Below are positions 20,363 to 32,012 of a stretch of 64,000 bases of DNA, one piece after another. The stretch's first letter is position 1; each line of letters opens with the position of its first letter. A program made the position numbers and the translations under genes. The DNA lies in contig NW_027361924.1 in NCBI RefSeq assembly GCF_039654945.1, forward strand, positions 6,820,001-6,884,000, given 5' to 3'. The notes under the pieces were generated by a model. That model worked only from the letters and a program-made list of their open reading frames with translations. It was not told where the DNA came from and did no database searches. The DNA comes from Dendrobates tinctorius. Its lineage: Eukaryota.

Positions 20363-21697
20363 CAGGTGCATCTCACAAAATTGGAATATCATTAAAAATT
20401 AATTTTTCAGTTCTTCAATACAAAAAGTGCCTCTCTTCTATTCTATAGTCATTACACACAGAGTGATCTGTCACGTGTTTATTTCTGTTAATGTTGATGA
20501 TTATGGCTTACAGCCAGTGAGAACCCAAAAGTCATTATCTCAGGAAATTAGAATACTTTATAACACCAGCTTGAAAAATGATTGTAAAATCTGAAATGTA
20601 TGATCAGTAAATGCACTCAGTACTTGGTCGGGCTCCTTTTACATCAATTACTGCATCAATGCGGCGTGGCATGGAGGCGATCAGCCTGTGGCACTGCTGA
20701 GGGGTTATGGAAGCCCAGGTTGCTTTGATAACAGCCTTCAGCTCGTCTGCATTGTTGGGTCTGGTGTCTCTCATCTTCCTCTTGACAATACTCCATAGAT
20801 TCTCTATGGGGTTAAGGTCAGGTGAGTTTGCTGCCAATCAAGCCCAGTGATACTGTTGTCTTTACACCAGGTATTGGTACTTTTGGCAGTGTGGACAGGG
20901 GCCAAGTCCTGGAGAAGGACATTCCCATCTCCATAAAGCTTGTCGGCAGTGGGAGGCATGAAAAGCTCTAAAATGTCCTGGTAGACGGCTGCGCTGACTT
21001 TGGTCTTGATAAAACACAGTGGACCTACACCAGCAGATGACATGGCTCCCCGAACCATCACTGATGGTGGAGACTTCACACTAGACCTCCAGCAGCTTGG
21101 ATTGTGGCCTCTCCACTCTTCCTCCAGAATCTGGGACCGCGATTTCCAAGGTCTAGTGTGAAGTCTCCACAACACAACAGTATCACTGGGCTTGATTGGC
21201 AGCAAACTCGCCTGACCTTAACCCCATAGAGAATCTATGGAGTATTGTCAAGAGGAAGATGAGAGACACCAGACCCCACAATGCAGACGAGCTGAAGGCT
21301 GCTATCAAAGCAACCTGGGCTTCCATAACCCCTCAGCAGTGCCACAGGCTGATCGCCTCCATGCCACGCCCCATTGATGGAGTAATTGATGCAGATGGAG
21401 CCGCGACCAAGTACTGAGGGCATTTACTGATCATACATTTCAGTAGGACAACACTTCAGATTTTACAATCATTTTTCAAGCTGTTGGTGTTATAAAGTAT
21501 TCTAATTTCCTGAGATAATGACTTTTGGGTTTTCATTGGCTGTAAGCCATAATCATCAACATTACCAGAAATAAACACGTGACATAGATCCCTCTGTGTG
21601 TAATGACTCTATAGAATAGAGGAGAGGCACTGTTTGTATTGAAGAACTGAAATAAATTCACTTTCTGATGATATTCTGACTTTGTGAGAAGCCGCTG
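20363..21697. mobile_element. Fold-back (palindromic) Tc1 derivative made of two inverted right ends
   Basis: TIR CAGGTGCATCTCACAAAAT...; both arms encode the transposase C-terminus ([18 protein letters not shown]) on opposite strands; ~500-bp arms 20363-20859 / 21175-21697. Confidence 0.9.
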
Positions 21698-22505
21698 TAC
21701 ATTATAGGAAATGGTGGATGCTCACTTTCAGGTAGATGTAGTTGCTCCCTGGAAACCTATGAAGGTGAACTTCTGGAAGGTCGCAGATGACATCAGTGAC
21801 ATCTTTGTTGGGCCCCCTTGGTGCTCTCTGGCTGCTGGCACACTACATTCCCCATCGTGTCCTGTATTCTGAGCAGGATGGGAGATGTAGTTTTGCCACA
21901 GGGTGGGTGGCGATGCTCAACTGTATTGGTCTCCAGCTTGTGGCTTTCCAGGTGCAGCAAGATTCCCATTCCCATCATGCACGCACAGCCTCTGGCATGA
22001 TGGGAACTGTAGTTCTGCATCAGCTGGCGAGGACTTTACCGGTCATGCTTTCATATCGGGGGTCTCGAGCTGGCGGGAGACTACAACTCCCAGCATGCCA
22101 GAGAGCCCGGAGTTGGAGATGAGTGATCGGGAACCTTGATTTGATTTCCCCTTAATGCATAAGTTTTCACACCGGTTGACAAAAGATCCCGATACCGACA
22201 CCCGTGTGCAGGATGTCAGGAAGAGCCCGCTCCGTCCGGTCCGTATACTCGGCTCCATCGCTTGCCCCCGTTTTATTGTTTCCGCTTTCCCTCTGGTCAG
22301 ACTACCCTGCGTTTTTGGATTTATTTTATTTTTATTTTTTTTGGGAGGGGTGGGAAGGGTATTGGGGGAGGGGCTTGTGAAGGGGGAGGGGCTTTTATGT
22401 TTTATAATTCAAAGTTTTGTCATTGGAAAATAGTGTGATATATGGGGGAGGGGTGGGGGGAGCGGGGGAGGGAGTTTTGTGCAATTAGCAATGCTACTGG
22501 CAAAT

Positions 22506-22511
22506 AATAAA
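22506..22511 (+). terminator. Probable distal polyadenylation signal of GLYR1
   Basis: AATAAA followed by U-rich sequence at the end of a unique, UTR-like block. Implies a 3' UTR of ~3.75 kb (inference). Confidence 0.55.
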
Positions 22512-22997
22512 GCCTTCCTTGTTAATTATTTACCTGGCGCCTTCTTCATGGAATTAGAGGTCGTGTCCGCGTCTGGGAAAGCTGGGTGACCGCCAGTATG
22601 GCCGCCACCGCAACGGTTGTCACTCGGCCCTTTTGGTTTTCACCCTGCAAAACTGCCTACACTTTCCTGAAAAGGCCGGCATCTGCCTGTTCAGTGCTCC
22701 CCCCGAGAAAAGTGAATCTCGTACCTCCTGATTGTACGGTGCCCCCTTCCCAACTGAAGTCTCCCAGGCTTCCTAAGTAAAACGGTCCTAGACCAGACCC
22801 AGAATGCAATTCCTCCCCCAAACCTGTAGAGACCCTGCATCAGGCCCCTAAATAACCTCATATATCCACTATAGTGTGAGCTAAGGGAGACCCCAGACCA
22901 ATCGCCTTTACTAATACAGACCGGACCCCTCGTTACTAATGGACCTCGCGATCAAATCCCTCCCTTATGTTAGAGCGGCAATAAAAAAGCACCAGGA

Positions 22998-23465
22998 TCA
23001 GACCCCTTATAGCGATGGAGCCCCGACGCTGGACCCCCTTATAGCGATGGAGCCCCGACGCCGGACCCCTTATAGTGATGGAGCCCCGACGCCGGACCCC
23101 TTATAGCGACGGAGCCCCGACGCCGGACCCCCTTATAGCGATGGAGCCCCGGACCCCCTTATAGCGATGGAGCCCCGGCGCCGGCCCCTTTATAGCGATG
23201 GAGCCCCGGCGCCGGACCCCCTTATAGCGATGGAGCCCCGAGGCCGGACCCCTTATAGCGATGGAGCCCCGAGGCCGGACCCTTTATAGCGATGGAGCCC
23301 CGAGGTCGGACCCCTTATACTAAGAGAGCCCAGACGCCGGACCTCTTATAGTAAAGGAGCCCGACCCCTTGTAATGGAGCCCCGAGGCCGGTCCCCTTAT
23401 AGTAATGGAGCCCTGATGCTGGACCCCTTATAATGTAGCCCCATTGCTGGACCCCTTATAGTAAT
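22998..23465. repeat. 31-bp minisatellite (GCCGGACCCCTTATAGYRATGGAGCCCCGAC), left part
   Basis: Tandem units; resumes at 26519 after nested insertions. Confidence 0.93.
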
Positions 23466-23627
23466 AAACCCAAAAAAGGCTAAATAAACAAAAGCCAATC
23501 CATATAACTGCAGCAAAAAGGAAAAATAGGACAAAAGGGCAGTAAATTAAGAATTTTTATTATTGCGAAATTAATTATTAAAATATAGTATATAACAATG
23601 TAGGACCAAGGAAATCAGCGACACCTA

Positions 23628-25255
<1,628 letters not shown>

Positions 25256-25478
25256 TAGATACCACACTCAAACCAAGTTGATACAAATGTTAGCAGTCTG
25301 TAAATGTCAGATATGACCCTAATAATAATACAAAAATTCACAGTCAACTCTGTGTATGGTGAAGCACAGTATAGAAATACAAATAGGGTTCAGTGGTTCA
25401 AAAATTCAATGTAAAGCTATAGGGCAATATACACACATAATATCAAGGACCAACCTGGTTGGAGTGTGAACAGAGAGA

Positions 25479-25517
25479 CCCCAGCGCGCGTTTCGCTTAG
25501 TTACTTCTTCGGGGGGG
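25479..25517 (-). ncRNA. Degenerate minimal hammerhead ribozyme motif
   Basis: Minus strand CCCCC-CCGAAGA-AGUAACUAAGC-GAAA-CGCGCG-CU-GGGG; stem I intact, two core deviations. Confidence 0.5.
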
Positions 25518-25670
25518 TGTGAATTTTTGAACCACTGAACCCTACGGGTAAAAACGCTTCTGCCATTTCATACATCTCTATTGTAGGTCCGTTTTTTTGG
25601 TCCACACATACTGCACTATTGCACGTTATATGGAATATTTTTCACTTTTTGAGAGATATTGGCTGTTTTA

Positions 25671-26168
25671 GGGTGGTTTCACATTAGCGCTTTTTAAGCG
25701 CACGCACGGCCGGGGGTAGCTCCACCCCCGAGCCGGCTCTCTGCCCGGCGTGCCCGCCCCTTGCTTGTAGCGCCGCCTCCTAGCGCACAGCGGCGCCTGC
25801 GATCGGCGCACCCTATCTTTAGCATAGGGTGCGCAGATCGTGCGCAGGCCGTGCGCTAGTTGTGCTTTGACCTGCGCTGCGCTCTTTTGACGGTGCGCCG
25901 TGCGCGCCAAAATCCGAAAAGTTTGATTTTGGCGCGCACGGCGCACCGTCAAAAGTGCGCAGCGCAGGTCAAAGCGCAACTAGCGCACGGCCTGCTCACG
26001 ATCTGCGCACCCTATGCTAAAGATAGGGTGCGCCGATCGCAGGCACCGCTGTGCGCTAGGAGGCGGCGCTACAAGCAAGGGGTGGGCACGCCGGGCAGAG
26101 AGCCGGCTCGGGGGCGGAGCTACCCCCGGCCGTGTGTGCGCTTAAAAAGCGCTAATGTGAAACCACCC
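25671..26168. mobile_element. Near-perfect 498-bp palindromic PIF/Harbinger-type MITE
   Basis: GGGTGGTTTCACATTAGCGC...GCGCTAATGTGAAACCACCC with TTA on both flanks; both strands give near-identical ORF translations. Confidence 0.9.
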
Positions 26169-26518
26169 TTACTTGTGTATTCTATATTTACTTCAGGAAG
26201 ATCTTCCTGTGACCGTACACCTCTTATAAAATGCAAATCTATATCAGTAATTCCCTATTTGTATTTCTATGCTGGTGCTTCACCATACACAGAGTTGACT
26301 GTGAATTTTGTATTATTAGGGTCATATCTGACGTATACAGACTCTGCTAACATTGGTATCGGCTTGGTTTGAGGGTGGTATCTCGGTGTCGCCGATTCCC
26401 TTGGTCCTACATTGTTATATACTATATCTTTATAATTAATTTCCCCAATAATAAAAATTCTTATAGTTTATCTACTGCCCTTTAGCCCTATTTTTCTTTC
26501 TGGGTATTTCAGTTTATA

Positions 26519-27780
26519 CTAATGGAGCCCTAAGACCAGACCCCTTATAGTAATGGAGCACTGACGTCGGACCCCTTATAGTGATGGAGCCCCGACGTCG
26601 GACCCCTTATAGTGATGGAGCCCTGAGACCAGACCCCTTATAGTAATGGAGCCCCGACGCCGGACCCCTTAGAGTAATGGAGCCCAGACCCCGGTCCCCT
26701 TAGAGTAATGGAGCCGCGACGCCGGACCCCTTAGAGTAATGGAGCCCCGACGTCGGACCCCTTATAGTGATGGAGCCCTGAGACCGGACCCCTTATAGTA
26801 ATGGAGCCATGAGACCGGACCCCTTATGGTAATGGAGCCCCGACGTCGGACCCCTTAGGGTAATGGAGCCCCGAGGCCGAGCCCAGACCCCTTATAGTAA
26901 TGGAGCCCAGACGCCGGACCCCTTATAGTAATGGAGCCCTGAGACCGGACCCCTTATAGTAATGGAGCCCCGACGCCGGACCCCTTATAGTAATGGAGCC
27001 CCGACGCCGGACCCCTTATAGTAATGGAGCCCCGACGCCGGACCCCTTATAGTAATGGAGCCCCGACGCCGGACCCCTTATAGTAATGGAGCCCCGACGC
27101 CGGACCCCTTATAGTAATGGAGCCCCGACGTCGGACCCCTTATAGTGATGGAGCCCTGAGACCGGACCCCTTATAGTAATGGAGCCCTGAGACCGGACCC
27201 CTTATGGTAATGGAGCCCCGACGTCGGACCCCTTAGGGTAATGGATCCCCGAGGCCGAGCCCAGACCCCTTATAGTAATGGAGCCCATACCCCTTGTAGT
27301 AATGGAGACCAGACGCCGGACCCCTTAGAGCAATGGAGCCCCGACGCCGGACCCCTTATAGTAATGGAGCCCCGATGCCGGACCCCTTATAGTAATGGAG
27401 CCCTGAGACCGGACCCCTTAGAGTAATAGAGCCCCGACGCCGGACCCCTTATAGTAATGGAGCCCTGAGACCGGACCCCTTATAGTAATGGAGCCCTGAC
27501 GTCAGACCCCTTATAGTAATGGAGCCCTGAGACCAGACCCCTTATAGTAATGGAGCCCTGAGACCAGACCCCTTATAGTAATGGAGCCCTGAGACCAGAC
27601 CCCTTATAGTAATGGAGCCCTGAGACCAGACCCCTTATAATAATGGAGCCCCGCCGACGCTGAACCCCTTATAGTGATGGAGCCCCGACGCCGGACCCCT
27701 TATAGTGATGGAGCCCAGACCCCGGACCCCTTATAGTAATGGAGCCCCGACGCCAGTCCCCTTATAGTAATGGAGGCCCG
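26519..27780. repeat. 31-bp minisatellite, right part
   Basis: Same unit as 22998-23465. Confidence 0.95.
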
Positions 27781-28099
27781 AGTGGGTCTGTATATGGGTG
27801 GTCTCAGTACCGTAGTACCTGTCTGGACCCGGCTTTTCAGGCCTCCCGCGCTCTGACCCATGGATTGCCCTGACCCCGCTCAGCAGGACGGGAGCTCAGG
27901 GGTTAATAGTGCTGGACCTGTATCGGTGATCGCAGTGGGGGCGGTTATATGAACTGTTTAGTGACTTTACAGATGATGCGGTTCTGATGCGTTATCGGGA
28001 GTTCCAGGCTTAGTTGTAAAATACTTCAAGGGGATGTCCATAACATCTGTCTGTCAGTAACGCCGTGCCCGGTGATGCCAAGTCTGCAGTGTGATTTCT

Positions 28100-31000
28100 A
28101 GAAGTGTGTTCTAGAAGTGTGAAGATTAATTTAAGAATTAAAATCAGAATTGAACCAGAAGGGAACTGAAGGTAACTGTACACAGCCACTGTAAATAATG
28201 TTTCTGTTTGTTTTCACTTTCACCCCAATAATCCTTCACTTTCTGCTAATTCCCCTAATCCCTACTCCTAGTAAGGAACTGTTCATCTCTTCTTCAGTCC
28301 TCCCCATCCACCTCACCTCCGCCTCAAAACTGTTCCTTAACATACAATCCTCTGTCTCCAAACACAGACAGCCCCCTCATGCCCTCTCCTGCTCCCACCT
28401 GCTAACACTTTCTCTGCTCCTTCTCACTGCTGGTGATATCTCTCCAAATCCTGGTCCTCCTCACCACATTCCCACAGTCATTTCTACCTCCCATCCACGC
28501 TCTATCACAACCTTCCGTAACCTCTCCAACCTTATACCCATTCACCCAGCCCCCGCTTCCCCAGTCCCACTAACAGGAGCTCTGTGGAACGCTCGCTCTG
28601 TCTGCAACAAGCTTTCCTACATCCATGATCTTTTTGATAATACCAAACTTTCCTTCCTCGCCATCACCGAAACCTGGCTCACCCCTTCTGACACAGCCTC
28701 TCCTGCTGCACTTTCGTATGGCGGCTTCCTCCTTTCTCACACACCCCGCCCCAGCAGCAAACATGGCGGAGGAGTTGGGTTTTCTCCTGTCAGATACCTG
28801 CTCCTTCACCCCAATCCCACTGCCACCCTCTGTTACCCTCCCTTCCTTTGAGGTGCACTCTGTGCGCATCTACTCCCCCTCCAACTGGCTGTCATCTACC
28901 GCCCCCCAGGGCCAGCCACCACCTTCTTTGACCACTTCACCACCTGGTTACTTCATTTCCTTTCCGCGGACATCCCTACTATCATCATGGGCGACTTCAA
29001 CATCCCCATTGACACTTCCCTCTCAGCTGCCACTAAACTCCTATCTCTCACTTCCTCCTTCGGCCTCACTCAATGGTCTTCTACAGCCACCCATAAAGAT
29101 GGCCACACACTGGACCTCATCTTCACCCGCCTCTGCTCCCTATCTAACCTCTCTAACTCACCTCTTCCTCTCTCTGACCACAACCTACTTACATTCTCTT
29201 CCCTCTCCACTCCATGTCTACAATCCCCACCCCACAAACTTTCACACCCTCGCAGGAATCTTAAACACCTTGACCTACACTCATTCTCTGAATCCCTCCT
29301 CCCTCTCACAGATATAAGTTCCTTACACAATGCAGATGACGCTGCTGCTCTATATAACACCACAATAGCTGTAGCTTTGGAATCCGCTGCCCCACTTACA
29401 CATACCAAAACTCGCAAAATCAACAGACAGCCCTGGCACACCAGCCTGACCAAAGAGCTGAGGCGAGCTTCCAGGGCTGCTGAGCGCAGATGGAAAAGAT
29501 CCCACTCCAACGAGCACTTCATCGCATTCAAACAGTCCCTCACTACTTTCAAGACCACACTCGCCACAGCTAAACAAACCTACTTCTCATCGCTCACAAC
29601 CCTAAACAGTTATTCAACACCTTCAATTCTCTCCTCCGCCCCCCAGCACCTCCTCCCTCCCCACTCATCTCAGCTGAAGACTTTGCCTCATTTTTCAAGC
29701 AGAAAATTGATAACATCAGGGACAGTTTTGGTCAACAACCTCCAGAGACCTTCCTCCCGACTTCCCAGCCCTCCACCTTCAAAACCAACTTCTCCACCAT
29801 TACAGAAGATCGACTCTCCACTCTACTCTCAAGATCACATCTCACCACCTGTGCACTCGACCCGATCCCATCCCACTTCATACCAAACCTCACCACAGTC
29901 TTCATCCCAACCCTAACCCATCTCTTCAACCTATCACTAACAACTGGTGTTTCCCCCTCAAGCTTTAAACATGCCTCCATCACACCTATCCTCAAAAAGC
30001 CCTCTCGACCCATCCTCTGTATCTAGCTATCGCCCTATATCACTGCTCCCCTACGCCTCCAAGCTACTGGAACAACACGTCTACCTTGAACTGTCCTCCC
30101 ATTTCTCTTCTTGCTCCCTCCTTGACCACTTGCAATCCGGCTTCCGGTCACACCACTCCACTGAAACTGCCCTTACTAAGGTCACCAATGACCTCTTAAC
30201 CGCCAAGAGCAAGCGACACTACTCTGTCCTCCTCCTCCTGGACCTGTCGGCTGCCTTTGACACAGTGGACCATTCCCTATTACTACAGACCCTCTCATCC
30301 CTTGGCATCACAGACTTGGCCCAATCCTGGATCTCATCATACCTAACAGACCGGACATTCAGCGTCTCCCACTCACACACCACCTCCTCACCTCGCCCCC
30401 TATCTGTCGGAGTCCCACAAGGTTCAGTCCTAGGGCCCCTGCTGTTCTCTATTTACACCTTTGGCCTGGAACAGCTCATAGAATCTCATGGCTTTCAGTA
30501 TCATCTCTACGCTGATGACACACAGATCTACATCTCTGGACCAGATATCACCTCCCTACTAACCAGAATCCCTCAATGTCTGTCCGCTATTTCATCCTTC
30601 TTCTCCGCTAGATTTCTGAAACTCAACATGGACAAAACAGAATTCATCATCTTTCCCCCATCTCACGTGACCCCCCCAACGAACCTATCCATTACAGTCA
30701 ATGGGTGCCCACTCTCACCAGTCCCACAAGCTCGCTGCCTCGGGGTTATCCTTGACACCGATCTCTCCTACAAACCACATATCCAAACCCTTTCCACTTC
30801 CTGCCGACTTCAACTCAAAAATATTTCACAAATCCGTTCATTCCTCAACCAAGAATCTGCAAAATCCCTAGTCCATGCCCTCATCATCTCCTGCCTTGAC
30901 TACTGCAACCTCCTGCTCTGTGGCCTCCCCTCGAACACTCTCGCACCCCTCCAATCTATTCTAAACTCTGCTGCCCGACTAATCCACCTGCCCCCCCGCT

Positions 31001-31577
31001 ATTCCTCGGCTTCTCCCCTCTGTCAATCCCTTCACTGGCTCCCCATTACCCAAAGACTCCAGTACAAAACCCTAACCATGACATACAAAGCCATCCACAA
31101 CCTGAGTCCTCCATACATCTGTGACCTCGTCTCCCGGTACTTTCCTGCACGCAACCTCCGATCCTCACAAGATCTCCTTCTCTACTCCCCTCTTATCTCC
31201 TCTTCCCACAATCGCATACAAGATTTCTCTTGCGCATCACCCCTACTCTGGAACTCTCTACCACAACATATCAGACTCTCACCTACCATCGAAACCTTCA
31301 AAAAGAGCCTGAAGACCCACCTCTTCCGACAAGCCTATAACCTGCAGTAACCACCGATCCACCAAACCACCGCACGACCAGCTCTACCCTCGCCTACTGT
31401 ATCCTCACCCATCCCTTGTAGACTGTGAGCCCTCGCGGGCAGGGTCCTCTCTCCTCCTGTACCAGTCGTGACTTGTATTGTTTAACATTACTGTACTTGT
31501 ATGTATTATGTACACCCCTCCTCACATGTAAAGCGCCATGGAATAAATGGCGCTATAATAATAATAATAATAATAAT
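28100..31577 (+). mobile_element. L2 (CR1-group) LINE with frameshifted APE-RT ORF2 and (TAA)n tail; 5' end approximate
   Basis: APE motifs WNARS, LAITETWL, MGDFN, GHTLDL, SDH; RT motifs [30 protein letters not shown]; LHWLP; tail TATAATAATAAT at 31555-31577. Confidence 0.95.
28198..31350 (+). pseudogene. L2 ORF2 (2A-like peptide + endonuclease + reverse transcriptase), several frameshifts
   Basis: Domains split across ORFs 28198, 28625, 28987 and 29947. Confidence 0.9.
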
Positions 31578-31719
31578 GCCAAGGCTTCCAATCCTCCGTG
31601 TCTGCCTCCTGTAGCCGGACAGTGCCGCCCGCACTGCGCCATTGTGAGCGGCGGCGCCCGGTGACCACTGACCTCCCGCACAAGGTCCAGCACCATCTAC
31701 ATCCCCCACTCATCTGCCT

Positions 31720-31964
31720 CCAGCCAATTAGAACGCTAAGACTTCATTACAGGGCGTGGTTTGGGTATCTTAACACAACACTGCGCCACTGTTCCAATCA
31801 GCGAGCGGACTGGTAATGATTCTAACCAATGAAACATCGTCTGCCCCTACAGTGAGCCAATCAGGAGGCGCTGTTTGATGTCCTCCATCCAATGGCATGA
31901 GAGGGGCTGGGTTTGTACTGATACCTCTTCTGTGAGGTGTCGTCTGCTCGCAGAGAGGCGCAGG
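31720..31964 (+). promoter_or_regulatory. ROGDI promoter with phased CCAAT boxes
   Basis: CCAAT at 31724, 31794, 31826, 31857, 31889; GC-box GGGCGTGG ~31752; CpG-rich. Confidence 0.75.
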
Positions 31965-32012
31965 ATGGCGACGGCGGCAGCAGCGGCGAGCGGCGCGGAG
32001 CGAGGCGTGCTG
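31965..32012 (+). CDS. ROGDI: ROGDI exon 1 ([16 protein letters not shown])
   Basis: ATG 31965, CTG|GTGAGT. Confidence 0.92.

Noticed and set aside
25668-26372. Near-identical ORFs on opposite strands
   Set aside because: A consequence of the palindromic MITE, not genes.
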